Origin: Clostridia bacterium
GTDB lineage: Bacteria; Bacillota; Clostridia; Christensenellales; DTU072
DNA: 64,000 nucleotides
Direction: 5' to 3'
Assembly (NCBI GenBank): GCA_045535785.1
Contig: JAZSMH010000060.1
Coordinates: 66,560 to 130,559 of the forward strand
Shown here: positions 26,442 to 36,312 of the stretch, one piece after another
How the letters are laid out: every line of letters starts with the position of its first letter
Numbering within the stretch: position 1 is the stretch's first letter
Notes under the pieces: generated by a model
Told to the model about the DNA's origin: nothing
Database searches by the model: none
Seen by the model: only the letters and a program-made list of their open reading frames with translations
Made by a program: the position numbers and the translations under genes

Positions 26442-26518
26442 TGGTACACCCGAGTGGAGTCGAACCACCGGCAACCAGCGTCGGAGGCTGGCACTCTATC
26501 CAACTGAGTTACGGGTGC
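26442..26518 (-). tRNA. tRNA-Arg (anticodon CCG), CCA encoded
   Basis: The reverse complement folds as GCACCCG TA ACTC AGTTGGATA GAGT G CCAGC CTCCGAC GCTGG TTGCC GGTGG TTCGACT CCACT CGGGTGT A CCA. 77 nt. Confidence 0.88.
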
Positions 26519-26716
26519 GTATTGGTGTATTTTGTATTTTTTTCGTAAAAATTATACGATTGATTTTTTGTTTTTTGCGAAATTATATTGTTATTTTTTC
26601 GCGGTTTTTGGCGAAATCGTATTAATTATTTTTTTGTGATTTATGGGCGTATCGTGATTTTTTTACGCAAAGAAAATTGGTTGATTTGCGTAAAATTATC
26701 TTCATCGTAAAGCAGA

Positions 26717-27787
26717 TTATAGGTCGGGGTTTACGTCTAGAGTTAGGTCACTTGCGTCCGCGCCGTCCTTAATTGCGTAGTATGCGCCTATTGCTATCAT
26801 TGCGGCGTTATCGGTGCATAGAATTTTGGGCGGAAGTAAAACTTCTACATTATTTTTTGCGCCCATTTCGGAAAGTTTTTCTCTTAATCTTCCGTTCGCG
26901 CCTACTCCACCTGCTAGTGCAACGCGAGTGGCTTTATGTTGTTTTAGGGCTACCAAAGTGTTCTCTACGAGCATCCCAACTGCTCTTTCTTGGAATGAGC
27001 ATGCTAGATCGGCTTTGTTTATCTCGATACCTTTTTGTTGGGCGTTATGGGCGTAGTTAATGACTGCGGTTTTTATACCCGAATAGGAAAAGTTGAGGTG
27101 TTTTTCTCCCTTATACGGTCTAGGCATAGGGATAGTATCTTGACCTTCTTTGGCTAGTTTTTCTATTTGGGGACCGCCCGGGTAAGGAAGTTCTAACACT
27201 CTTGCTACCTTGTCAAAAGCTTCGCCTGCGGCATCGTCTTGGGTGCTACCTAATACCGTCATATCGTTGTAACTTTTTACGTTAAGTATTTCGGTATGGC
27301 CACCGCTAGCAAGTAAGCAAATGAAGGGAAATTCTAGATTTTCGTGAACTAAAAAATTGGCGAGAACGTGACCTTTTACGTGGTCAACTGCAATTAGCGG
27401 AAGGTTAAGTGCGTACGAAAGTGCCTTTGCATACGACACGCCTACGAGTAGTGCACCTTGAAGTCCTGCACCGTAGGTAACCGCCATAACTTCGATATCT
27501 TCTAGTTTTAACTCAGCTCTATCTAATGCAGATTGAACGAGATTATCGATAGCGAGTATATGGTTACGCGAAGCAATCTCCGGCACGACTCCACCGAAGC
27601 GCTTGTGAATTTCTATTTGTGAACTGATTTCGTTAGCGAGAACTTCTTTGCCGTAAATGATACTGACGGCAGTTTCGTCACAACTGCTCTCTATCGCTAA
27701 AATATAAAATTTTTCTTTATCTCTAACTAGGTTTAATTTTTCTCTAGCAATATCTATATAAGCCATATTTCTCTTCTCAAAAATCAT
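26717..27787 (-). CDS. tsaD: tRNA N6-adenosine threonylcarbamoyltransferase
   Basis: 356 aa, Kae1/Gcp family (ILAIESSCDETAVSI, HVKGH, GGVGAN). Its start overlaps the prfB stop (TAATG). Confidence 0.93.
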   Translation of the reverse strand: MIFEKRNMAYIDIAREKLNLVRDKEKFYILAIESSCDETAVSIIYGKEVLANEISSQIEIHKRFGGVVPEIASRNHILAIDNLVQSALDRAELKLEDIEVMAVTYGAGLQGALLVGVSYAKALSYALNLPLIAVDHVKGHVLANFLVHENLEFPFICLLASGGHTEILNVKSYNDMTVLGSTQDDAAGEAFDKVARVLELPYPGGPQIEKLAKEGQDTIPMPRPYKGEKHLNFSYSGIKTAVINYAHNAQQKGIEINKADLACSFQERAVGMLVENTLVALKQHKATRVALAGGVGANGRLREKLSEMGAKNNVEVLLPPKILCTDNAAMIAIGAYYAIKDGADASDLTLDVNPDL

Positions 27788-28884
27788 TAACTCTTCTTCA
27801 AATATTCGATAATGAAGTCTTGTAAATCTCCGTCCATAACCGCGCTTACGTTAGCATTCTCAAAATTGGTGCGGTGATCCTTAACTAGGGTGTAGGGGCA
27901 AAATACGTAACTTCTTATTTGGCTACCCCACTCGATTTTTTTCATTTCGCCCTTAATCGACTGCGCTTCTTCCATTCTTTCACGCTCTTTAAGTTCGGTC
28001 AATTTACCTATAAGCATCTTCATAGCGGTTTCTCTATTTTGAATTTGGCTCCGCTCGTTTTGGCACTGAACGACTATGCCCGTAGGGATATGGGTTATTC
28101 TTACCGCGCTATCAGTTTTGTTGACGTGTTGTCCGCCCGCGCCGCCGCTTCGATACGTGTCAACTTTGATTTCTTCGGGGGCAACCTTAATATCCGCTTC
28201 GTCGGTAATCTCGGGCATAACTTCTAAGCTTGCAAAAGAGGTGTGTCTACGCTTGTTAGCATCAAACGGGCTTATTCTTACAAGTCTATGTACGCCCATC
28301 TCGGACTTGAGATAGCCGTAGGCATTCTCCCCTTCTACGGTGAAAGTTACGCTTTTTATCCCTGCATCGTCACCGTCTAATTTGTCCAATACTCTTACCT
28401 TGTAACCGCTTCTTTCGGCATACCTAGTATACATTCTAAAGAGCATTTCTACCCAGTCTTGGGCTTCGGTGCCGCCTGCGCCTGCGTGTAGAGTTAAAAT
28501 TGCGTTGTTGTTGTCGTATTTGCCTTTTAGCAATGCTTGTATGCTTAATTCGGCTACTAAATCGGAAAGTTTGGTTACCGAAAGCTTCGCTTCTTCTACT
28601 TCGCTCTCTTCGTCCATTTCTTCAATTAAATCAAGAAGACCTACTGTATCGTCGTATTTTAACTTGAGATTGTCAAAAGATTTTATCTTGCGAGTAAGAA
28701 TGGTGATTTCTCTATTTACCTTTTGTGCGTTGTCTATATCCTGCCAAAAATCTTCGCTATTACTTAGCTCGGTAAGACGAGCAAGCGTATCCCTTGCTTC
28801 GTCAATGCCTAAGGCATCTTTTAGGGTGTTAACTTGCTCGTTAATCTTATCTAATTGTTGGCGTTGAATATAAAAATCGATCAT
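27787..28884 (-). CDS. prfB: Peptide chain release factor 2, encoded in a single frame
   Basis: 365 aa. SPF motif (RISPFDANKRRHTSF) and GGQ motif (GGAGGQHVNKT). The N-terminus is continuous, so no programmed +1 frameshift is needed. Confidence 0.93.
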   Translation of the reverse strand: MIDFYIQRQQLDKINEQVNTLKDALGIDEARDTLARLTELSNSEDFWQDIDNAQKVNREITILTRKIKSFDNLKLKYDDTVGLLDLIEEMDEESEVEEAKLSVTKLSDLVAELSIQALLKGKYDNNNAILTLHAGAGGTEAQDWVEMLFRMYTRYAERSGYKVRVLDKLDGDDAGIKSVTFTVEGENAYGYLKSEMGVHRLVRISPFDANKRRHTSFASLEVMPEITDEADIKVAPEEIKVDTYRSGGAGGQHVNKTDSAVRITHIPTGIVVQCQNERSQIQNRETAMKMLIGKLTELKERERMEEAQSIKGEMKKIEWGSQIRSYVFCPYTLVKDHRTNFENANVSAVMDGDLQDFIIEYLKKS

Positions 28885-28890
28885 AAACTA

Positions 28891-31554
28891 TTATGCCTTT
28901 TTGCCGCAGCAGTCCTTGAACTTCCTACCGCTTCCGCAAGGACAAGGGCCGTTACTGTACACGCCTTGGCGTCTTAAATTGATTTGATTTTCTCTTTCTT
29001 CTAGTATGCTTTTACGTTCGATAACGGCGTCGACGTCGAGTTTACATAGCATGATAGCAACGCTATTTTGGATACTCTCGATCATTTCGTCGAACATATC
29101 CATACCTTCTCTACGGTATTCTATGACGGGGTTACGTTGGCCTAGACCGCGCAAGCCTATGCTACGGCGAAGGGTTTCCATATTGTCGATATGATCCGTC
29201 CAATGTTTGTCAACTTGGTTGAGAAGTGCGTTACGTTCGCTCGTTCTAAAGTCAATACCATTTTCTTCGGCGAGTTTTAATTTTGCTTCGTATTGCTCTT
29301 TTGCTTCGTCAACGATAGCATCAACGATACGTTGATAATTCCTGTGGCCGACTAATTCTTTGGTGATAAGGTTGGTGTCTTTTTTGAGCAATCTTTGTTC
29401 TACCGCTCTATTGAACGCTACGTAGTCAACGGTGGTTTCGTCTCCGCCTTCGAAGTTAACGAAACTCATAACTAGACTTTGAGCAATGGGTTCGATATAT
29501 TTTAAGATTTGTTCGTGAACGTCCGCGCCGTCAAGAACTTCGTTACGTTGTGAATAAATAAGTTGTCTTTGTTTATTCATAACGTCGTCGTAGTTAAGGA
29601 CGTATTTTCTTCTCTCGAAGTTAGCGTCTTCACAACGTTTTTGAGCGGTGCTAATTTGTTTAGAAAGCATGGGTAATTGGATAGAAGTGCTTTCGTCACC
29701 ACCGCTTAGACTGCTCATGATACTGCTTAGTCTATCACCACCGAATTTACGCATAAGGTCGTCTTCAAAAGATACGTAGAAGCAGCTGCTACCTTGGTCG
29801 CCTTGACGTCCACTACGACCGCGAAGCTGATTGTCGATACGACGCGACTCGTGACGTTCGGTACCGATAACGCGTAGACCACCGAGAAGTTTTACTTCTT
29901 CTTTTTCTGCATCGGTAACCTTCTTATATTTAGATACGAGCGCGTTAAAGTGGTTACGAGCAGAGATTAAGTCTTGGTCGCTAAGTGCGTTGAACGCGCT
30001 TGCTACGCTAATAACGTCTTCGCTATAACCTTCCTTAGTCATCTCTTCTTTTGCCATATATTCGGGATTACCACCGAGCAAAATGTCGGTACCTCTACCT
30101 GCCATGTTGGTTGCAATGGTAACGGAGCCTAGTTTGCCCGCTTGTGCGATGATGCCTGCTTCTAGCTCGTTGCTCTTTGCATTAAGCACTCTATGTGGGA
30201 TGCCTTTTTTCGACAACTTCTTACTGATAAATTCGCTAGTTTCTACGTCGATAGTACCTACTAGAACGGGTTGCTTAGTGTTGTAAATCTCGATAATTTC
30301 TTCAATAACCGCTTCGAACTTGGCGTCTTTGGTCGCAAAAACTTTGTCGGGTTCGTCGTCTCTTATCATTTCGCTATTGGTAGGAATTTCTACAACGTCT
30401 AAATTATAGATACCCTTAAATTCCGCTTCTTCCGTCATAGCGGTACCCGTCATACCCGATAATTTATCATACAATCTAAAGAAGTTCTGGAAAGTGATGG
30501 TAGCAACGGTTTTGTTTTCTTTGCGCACTCTTACGTTTTCTTTTGCTTCGATTGCTTGGTGTAAGCCGTCGGAGTAACGTCTACCTGCCATTTTTCTACC
30601 CGTGAATTCGTCTACGATAACTACTTCGCCATTCTCAACGATGTAGTCAACGTCGCAAGCCATTAGGAAGTTAGCTCTTAACGCGCTATTAATTCTCGTG
30701 TTTAGTTCGGCATTCTTGCCGTCGCTTAGATCCACTCTAAAGAATCTTTCCGCCTTATCAAGTCCGCTTTCGCTTAAGTAAATACGCGTTTCTTTCTCGT
30801 CCTTTACGTAGTCGTCTTCTCTTAACGTCTTAATGAATCTTTGGCACGTTGCGTAGATTTCGCCCGATTTATTCGCAGGAGCGGAAATAATTAGCGGGGT
30901 ACGCGCTTCGTCGATAAGGATACTATCAACTTCGTCCACGATTGCAAAGTAGTGGTGGCGTTGCATAATTCTATCCTTACGAATTGCCATATTATCTCTT
31001 AGGTAGTCGAAGCCTAATTCGTTGTTGGTGCAGTACGTTACGTCCGATGCGTAAGCAACGCGCTTGTCGGCATAACTCATACCGGGTAAAATGCAACCTA
31101 CGGTAAGACCTAGAAATTTGTAAACTTTGCCCATCCACTCAGCGTCACGCTTAGCTAGGTAATCGTTGACGGTGACGATGTGTACGCCTTTGCCTGCAAG
31201 TGAATTTAGATATGCGGGAAGGGTTGCAACGAGCGTCTTACCTTCACCCGTTTTCATTTCGGCAATTCTGCCTTGGTGAAGTACGATACCGCCTATAACT
31301 TGCACGTCGTAGTGGCGCATATTGAGTACGCGCTTGGACGCTTCGCGCATTACGGCAAAGGCATCGGGTAGTAATTCGTCAAGGGTTGCGCCTTGGCTGA
31401 ATCTATCTTTTAAAACTTTAGTTTGCGAAGAAAGCTCTTCGTCGGTGAGCGCGGAATACTTCTCTTCTAGCGCGTTAACCTTGTTGACTATAACTTTTAA
31501 CTTCTTTATAGTTTTTTCTCTATCCTTTCTTTGAAAAAAACTTACTAATCCCAT
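28891..31554 (-). CDS. secA: Preprotein translocase ATPase SecA
   Basis: About 887 aa from the ATG at 31554, which has GAGG 7 nt upstream; the track's TTG start is at 31566. DEAD-like motor motifs are present. C-terminal zinc-binding tail CPCGSGRKFKDCCGKK. Confidence 0.97.
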   Translation of the reverse strand: MGLVSFFQRKDREKTIKKLKVIVNKVNALEEKYSALTDEELSSQTKVLKDRFSQGATLDELLPDAFAVMREASKRVLNMRHYDVQVIGGIVLHQGRIAEMKTGEGKTLVATLPAYLNSLAGKGVHIVTVNDYLAKRDAEWMGKVYKFLGLTVGCILPGMSYADKRVAYASDVTYCTNNELGFDYLRDNMAIRKDRIMQRHHYFAIVDEVDSILIDEARTPLIISAPANKSGEIYATCQRFIKTLREDDYVKDEKETRIYLSESGLDKAERFFRVDLSDGKNAELNTRINSALRANFLMACDVDYIVENGEVVIVDEFTGRKMAGRRYSDGLHQAIEAKENVRVRKENKTVATITFQNFFRLYDKLSGMTGTAMTEEAEFKGIYNLDVVEIPTNSEMIRDDEPDKVFATKDAKFEAVIEEIIEIYNTKQPVLVGTIDVETSEFISKKLSKKGIPHRVLNAKSNELEAGIIAQAGKLGSVTIATNMAGRGTDILLGGNPEYMAKEEMTKEGYSEDVISVASAFNALSDQDLISARNHFNALVSKYKKVTDAEKEEVKLLGGLRVIGTERHESRRIDNQLRGRSGRQGDQGSSCFYVSFEDDLMRKFGGDRLSSIMSSLSGGDESTSIQLPMLSKQISTAQKRCEDANFERRKYVLNYDDVMNKQRQLIYSQRNEVLDGADVHEQILKYIEPIAQSLVMSFVNFEGGDETTVDYVAFNRAVEQRLLKKDTNLITKELVGHRNYQRIVDAIVDEAKEQYEAKLKLAEENGIDFRTSERNALLNQVDKHWTDHIDNMETLRRSIGLRGLGQRNPVIEYRREGMDMFDEMIESIQNSVAIMLCKLDVDAVIERKSILEERENQINLRRQGVYSNGPCPCGSGRKFKDCCGKKA

Positions 31555-31603
31555 AAATAACCTCAAATTTTATTTTACGGTGCAAAACACCATAATTACA
31601 GTC

Positions 31604-31632
31604 ATTATATCATAAAACGCGCTATATAACAA
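31604..31632 (-). promoter_or_regulatory. secA-prfB-tsaD promoter
   Basis: Minus sense: TTGTTA, a 17-nt spacer, then TGaTATAAT (extended -10). Confidence 0.55.
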
Positions 31633-31644
31633 CATTTTTATCGT

Positions 31645-31684
31645 CAAAAAGAAAAATCCCTTTTCTTTTTATAAGAAAAGGGGG
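31645..31684 (-). terminator. Rho-independent terminator after the BMP lipoprotein gene
   Basis: Minus sense: cccttttctt-ataaa-aagaaaaggg, followed by atttttcttttt. Confidence 0.75.
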
Positions 31685-31738
31685 TGATTTCCGTTAAAAT
31701 AGTGCGGTTTTTGGCGAATTCGTCGTGCCAAATTAATT

Positions 31739-32929
31739 TTATAGAATATTAATTCCGTCGATTTTAAGATCAAAATAAGGTGCGGAGCGGAATTTGCTCT
31801 CTTCAAACGTACCGCCCGATATAACCTCGGTGTCTCTCACTCCATCGCAATCGAGGTCGACTAGGTAGGAAGAAATACTTTCACCGCTTACGGTAAAATT
31901 ATCTACGTCGAATACGTCGAGGGTGTTGTTTTGTAAATCCTCTTTTACTTTTTTTATTACGTCCAAAGCGTTGTCGGGTAGAATGGATGAATTGCCGTTA
32001 CTTAAAACAACGGAGCCTTCATTAAGCCCACCGCACCAGTCGGTGGCAATAGCCTTGCCTTCCAATATCTGACCTATTGCGTAGCGGTAATAGGGTGACC
32101 AGTCGACTTTGCAGGATACTAAATACGTGTTGGGGCAGGTGGCTAGCGTGCTATCGTTGTAGCAGACGTTGTAGACACTGTTTGCTTCGCAAACGGTAGG
32201 TACACTCATAGAATCTGCATGCTGGCTGATTATTAAGGCACCTCTATCAATAAGCGTACGTGCACAGGCGCTTTCTCTGGCTGAATCATACCATGAATCG
32301 GTAAAAATGACGTCCATGGTAGCGCTAGGACATACCGACTTAGCACCTAAATAAAAAGCGGTGTAGCCTGATATTACCTCGGCGTAAGGGTAAGCACCGA
32401 CGTAGCCTAGACGGGCATTAGAGGCATCAATATCCCCTGCTGATATCATTTGGTTAAACTTCAATCCGGCAACGATACCGGTAAGGTATCTACCTTGGTA
32501 AATGGAAGCAAACGCGTTGTGGTAATTACGTAAATCTTCTAATTCTGCTCTCACTCCCGTTGCTTGACAAAATTCTACGTCGGGAAAACTCCTTGCACAC
32601 TTAATTATCTCGCTTTCATGCTCGAAGCTGTTGGCAAAAATGACGTCACAACCGCTATTCACTAAGTCTTCTACAATAGAAAAGCAGTTGTCCACGTTTA
32701 CGTTAGTTTTGACGAGGGCTTCTACACCTAATTCGTTACATACCGACGTAAACGAAGTAATAAAATTGTTATCGTACGCGCTAAGGTTATCGTTAAGGCA
32801 AATGAGTCCTACCTTAAAGCTCTCTTCACTCTCTGTTTCGCACGCAACGAAAAATACGCATGCCGTAACTATCAAGACAAGTATTAAAAAGTAAGTAAGT
32901 AGTCTTTTAGGTTTCATTATTGGCTCCAT
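31739..32929 (-). CDS. BMP-family (Med/PnrA-like) substrate-binding lipoprotein
   Basis: Signal peptide plus lipobox (LIVTACVFFVAC). Periplasmic-binding-protein-like sequence (FKVGLICLND..., GYVGAYPYAEVISGYTAFYLG, IISQHADS). Confidence 0.65.
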   Translation of the reverse strand: MEPIMKPKRLLTYFLILVLIVTACVFFVACETESEESFKVGLICLNDNLSAYDNNFITSFTSVCNELGVEALVKTNVNVDNCFSIVEDLVNSGCDVIFANSFEHESEIIKCARSFPDVEFCQATGVRAELEDLRNYHNAFASIYQGRYLTGIVAGLKFNQMISAGDIDASNARLGYVGAYPYAEVISGYTAFYLGAKSVCPSATMDVIFTDSWYDSARESACARTLIDRGALIISQHADSMSVPTVCEANSVYNVCYNDSTLATCPNTYLVSCKVDWSPYYRYAIGQILEGKAIATDWCGGLNEGSVVLSNGNSSILPDNALDVIKKVKEDLQNNTLDVFDVDNFTVSGESISSYLVDLDCDGVRDTEVISGGTFEESKFRSAPYFDLKIDGINIL

Positions 32930-32932
32930 TGG

Positions 32933-33562
32933 TTACTCTTTGTCGTTATTTACGTTGTTTACAAATATAAGACAATCGCCGTCGGTTACTGTAAAGCTGA
33001 CGCTATTATTTATGCTGATATTACTTATGCCCACGGTGTCGCACCTTGTTAAAGTGAGGTTGTCGTAAGGGTATTTTAGTCCGCTAGAATTGGATACTAC
33101 GACATAGCTAGAATAAGGTAAAACGCTAATGGTGGTGTCTACTTCTACCTTCAAATCTACCCTGCCCGTCTTCCTATAAATAACGTAGCCGTCACTTAAT
33201 ATAAGCCTTGCATTCAAGTTAAGGTCATCGGCAATTTTTAATAAAGACAAATTGGCGTAGACGTGGTCTAGTCTACCGCCTTCCGCTCCATATATATTGA
33301 CGGAAGTATAGCCTTTGTCGCGCGCTACTCTTAATGCAAACTCGCCGTCGGTGAAGTCTTTTTCTACAGGAACGGTGATCAATTCTAGATTGTCTTTATA
33401 TTGATTAAGGTCGATGCTATCAAGGTCGCCTACTACGGTAACTGTAAAAGTGCCGTCGACGAATTTTTTTCCGCCGTCGGCACAAATAACGTGTTTTTCT
33501 TCTATTTTCGTCCTTAAATAGGGCGCGTTAAGCACGATTGCTACGCTTTCTGCGTTTTGCAT
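32933..33562 (-). CDS. thiN: Thiamine diphosphokinase
   Basis: 209 aa. GDLDS motif (VVGDLDSI) and GGRLDH motif, both typical of the TPK family. Confidence 0.8.
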   Translation of the reverse strand: MQNAESVAIVLNAPYLRTKIEEKHVICADGGKKFVDGTFTVTVVGDLDSIDLNQYKDNLELITVPVEKDFTDGEFALRVARDKGYTSVNIYGAEGGRLDHVYANLSLLKIADDLNLNARLILSDGYVIYRKTGRVDLKVEVDTTISVLPYSSYVVVSNSSGLKYPYDNLTLTRCDTVGISNISINNSVSFTVTDGDCLIFVNNVNNDKE

Positions 33563-35171
33563 TGCTAATAACTTTACCTAATAATCCTACTACGATAACT
33601 ACCGCTAGCGTTGCTAGTATTGCTACGAGTGCAACGAATAAGATATCGTCGCTACCTAAAATCAAGGGTTGTCCGGGTACAATGGTGATACCTAACGTCG
33701 TATCTACGCTAACGTCGTTGGTTTCGCCGACTTCCATACCGTTGGTAAAATACTTAACGGTGTATTTAGCCGTAGCGTCTTCAACTTCAAATGCGTAACG
33801 CTTCATGCCGTCAACCTTACATTCTGCTATTTCTTTGCCCTCTTCGCTATACAACTTGGCAACGACTTCTTTATTTCTATCGGGCTCGATGGTACCTACT
33901 AGACGATAGGTTTTTTTCTCGTTAAATTCTTTAAAGTCGGCTCTATAATAGCTTCCGCTGGTTTGGTACAAACTATTCTCGCTCTTCGAGCAAGTTTGAA
34001 CGTAGGTCGTGCCGATATAGTTGGTTAACGTAGCCGTAGGCATTTTTATAGAAGGAACGGTCATGCCGTCGGTAGCGGTAACGGGGTCGAGGTAAAGGGT
34101 GGTGAAGTAATAGTCTACCGCCATTACGTGCGAGGGTGAGAAAGCACCGAATTTGGACTTGGACATGCCTTGTAGATATACCCATGCGCAGTTGTTTTCT
34201 AGCTTTTCGGTGATTTCTTCTACCTTTTCTTGGTCGCTAATACCTAGTGCAGGTATACCGTAAAAACGGAATACCATATCTAGATTAACGCCGTAAGCTT
34301 CGATGGGAATACCGTGTTCTCTTATCGTGTCGGTTGCTCTTGCTGCAAGCTCTGCACAAGGGATATTTTCTACCTCTTCGCCTGTGTGGGTGATCGTGCC
34401 CGTAACGGGGGTGGAACTCATGAACGGATCGATGAGGGTTACACGCTCGGGAAGAAGGTTAGCTTCGATTTTTTCATCGTCGTATTCGTAGCAGAGGTAT
34501 TCGGTAACCGCGGTGGTAAGTTGTCCGCCTACCGAGTGGCCTACTAGGTGGAGCTTGCCGTTATAGTCGCTACCTAAACTCTCTTTGATAGCTTTGCCGT
34601 AAAGGACTGCTACTGATTCGGTGGGGTTGGAGGGATCATCGGCAGAAGTAATGGTGCCTTTGCTCTTGCCCTCTTCGTAGGTGACGTATTGCATACCCAT
34701 AGAGGTGTTGTGTGACCAAACTTTCATATCAATAGAGGGCTTCAATGCAGGAATGTTCTCATCGGCGAATTGTTGCCAATAAAAAACGCCTACGTTATAG
34801 CCTAATTTGCGAAGTTCTTGATAATACTTCTTGTTATATGGATATGCGGAATAGCCGTGATCCGATAAAGCTTTGTCGGTGTTAGATTTTACCGAAAGGT
34901 CTTCTCTAATACCGCTTTCGCCATAGGGCTTCCAGCCGTGGGTGTATATAATGGTGGGAGCGTCTTTATTTATCTGATAGTCTTTGGTGGGAATGATGCT
35001 GTCGCTACCGTCGTACCAATAGATACCGTAGTTAAGCTCAGAGAACATCTCCGCGCCCCAATCTTCGGGTGTAGTATCGTAAGCAAGTGCGGATATACTG
35101 CTAACCGATACCGCCATAGACGTTGCTATAATGACGCCTAGTAATAAAATTGATAGTTTTTTTAATTTCAT
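33528..35171 (-). CDS. Secreted alpha/beta-hydrolase (lipase/esterase-like) with a C-terminal TM anchor
   Basis: Signal peptide MKLKKLSILLLGVIIATSMAVSVSSISALA. Nucleophile elbow GHSVG (LHLVGHSVGGQL). C-terminus ILFVALVAILATLAVVIVVGLLGKVISNAKRRKRSNRA. Confidence 0.75.
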   Translation of the reverse strand: MKLKKLSILLLGVIIATSMAVSVSSISALAYDTTPEDWGAEMFSELNYGIYWYDGSDSIIPTKDYQINKDAPTIIYTHGWKPYGESGIREDLSVKSNTDKALSDHGYSAYPYNKKYYQELRKLGYNVGVFYWQQFADENIPALKPSIDMKVWSHNTSMGMQYVTYEEGKSKGTITSADDPSNPTESVAVLYGKAIKESLGSDYNGKLHLVGHSVGGQLTTAVTEYLCYEYDDEKIEANLLPERVTLIDPFMSSTPVTGTITHTGEEVENIPCAELAARATDTIREHGIPIEAYGVNLDMVFRFYGIPALGISDQEKVEEITEKLENNCAWVYLQGMSKSKFGAFSPSHVMAVDYYFTTLYLDPVTATDGMTVPSIKMPTATLTNYIGTTYVQTCSKSENSLYQTSGSYYRADFKEFNEKKTYRLVGTIEPDRNKEVVAKLYSEEGKEIAECKVDGMKRYAFEVEDATAKYTVKYFTNGMEVGETNDVSVDTTLGITIVPGQPLILGSDDILFVALVAILATLAVVIVVGLLGKVISNAKRRKRSNRA

Positions 35172-35203
35172 AAGTTTCTCCTAGTGGTGAAAATCAGTAA
35201 TTA

Positions 35204-36253
35204 TTAGAATAGTAGTGACTTGTCTTCGCCTATACCGTGCATGCCGTCAAGGATATACTTCTTGCCGTCAAGGTCGGTTACGTAACCGCTTATATCGCCG
35301 AAAGTTACGTAATAATCAATATTAATTATACCCGCGTGTAGAATTCTTGCATAGGTATCACCGATGTCGAAAACAACGTCTACCATGCCGTATTCATCGG
35401 TAACGCGCCAACGAGTTTCCGTTTCGTGAACGAATTTAACGGGAGGAAGCAAACTTTGACTTCCTTCAAACCAAATAAGATTTTCGTTATACTTATCTTG
35501 GTCGATACTTTGGTTGCGGGTAAGGTTAAACGCAATATATTTTCTTTCGCCGTCGTTATCGTTAACACCCATGGTGGTTACCCAGTCATAGTGCGCTTTT
35601 CTTGGATAGTATCCTCTATGGTCGTCAATAATCGCGGTGGTGTCTTCGTCGCTCGTATAAGTAACACCGTTAACGGTAACCGATCCTACCGCCTTAAAGA
35701 AATCTTTTTGTGAATACAAAGGTCTATTCTCGCCGAAAGGTATACTTACTACGCAAGGAGTAGAAACTCTAGTTAGTTCAAAGTTATATTCTATCTCGCC
35801 ACCGTGGCCTTTACCTTTGCCGATAACCGTTGCTTTGCCTTCGCCGAAGTTATTGATAACTTTTACGTTAAGGTTCTTACTCTTACCTACGCTTTCGTCA
35901 CCATTAAGAAGAGTCTTCGATATACTAACGTTCTTAGGTGAAGTGTTAGCTTCCCACTTGTAGACTTTCTTTGCCTTCTTATCATAGAAAAGCACAAGTA
36001 TGGTACCGAAAACACCCATATCGCAAGGTGCGGCGAGCAAAATGCCGTCTTTTAAATTAACTTCTACCGCTTCCCAAAGAGTAAGCTTGAGTTTCTTAAA
36101 ACAGTCGGGTAATCTCGGTACGGGCTTGTTGATATCTAAAAAATTCATATTCTCGAATTCTTTGTCAAACGTACCGAAAACTGCCTTGCCGTCGATATGA
36201 ACGTCCTTGGGCGTGGGTTCTACTTTTCTCTTAATGATGCTTGTGTAATCCAT
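35204..36253 (-). CDS. Hypothetical 349-aa cytoplasmic protein (possibly DUF2804-like; family assignment uncertain)
   Basis: Clean ORF with RBS GGGGAG and its own promoter. I cannot name a catalytic motif. Confidence 0.7.
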   Translation of the reverse strand: MDYTSIIKRKVEPTPKDVHIDGKAVFGTFDKEFENMNFLDINKPVPRLPDCFKKLKLTLWEAVEVNLKDGILLAAPCDMGVFGTILVLFYDKKAKKVYKWEANTSPKNVSISKTLLNGDESVGKSKNLNVKVINNFGEGKATVIGKGKGHGGEIEYNFELTRVSTPCVVSIPFGENRPLYSQKDFFKAVGSVTVNGVTYTSDEDTTAIIDDHRGYYPRKAHYDWVTTMGVNDNDGERKYIAFNLTRNQSIDQDKYNENLIWFEGSQSLLPPVKFVHETETRWRVTDEYGMVDVVFDIGDTYARILHAGIINIDYYVTFGDISGYVTDLDGKKYILDGMHGIGEDKSLLF

Positions 36254-36283
36254 AAAATTCTCCCCAAAAAATAATATATAATT

Positions 36284-36312
36284 AGTATATCATTACGCGC
36301 GAGAAAAATCAA
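36284..36312 (-). promoter_or_regulatory. Promoter of the 349-aa gene
   Basis: Minus sense: TTGATT, a 17-nt spacer, then TATACT. Confidence 0.55.

Noticed and set aside
26294-26503. A 69-aa minus-strand ORF (…SLFTLHSSLFTLHSSLFTL…)
   Set aside because: Its sequence is simply the translated heptamer microsatellite, and it overlaps the tRNA-Arg gene and its terminator.
23251-26520. An integrated mobile element using tRNA-Gln or tRNA-Arg as its att site
   Set aside because: There is no integrase, recombinase or transposase gene. The cassette lies 5' of tRNA-Gln rather than at its 3' end. I found no direct duplication of a tRNA 3' segment; the only copy is inverted and just 21 bp long.
27787-28884. 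Programmed +1 frameshift site in prfB
   Set aside because: The 365-aa ORF is continuous from a plausible N-terminus through the SPF and GGQ motifs. There is no in-frame CTT TGA site, so this RF2 belongs to the minority without autoregulatory frameshifting. That is not novel.
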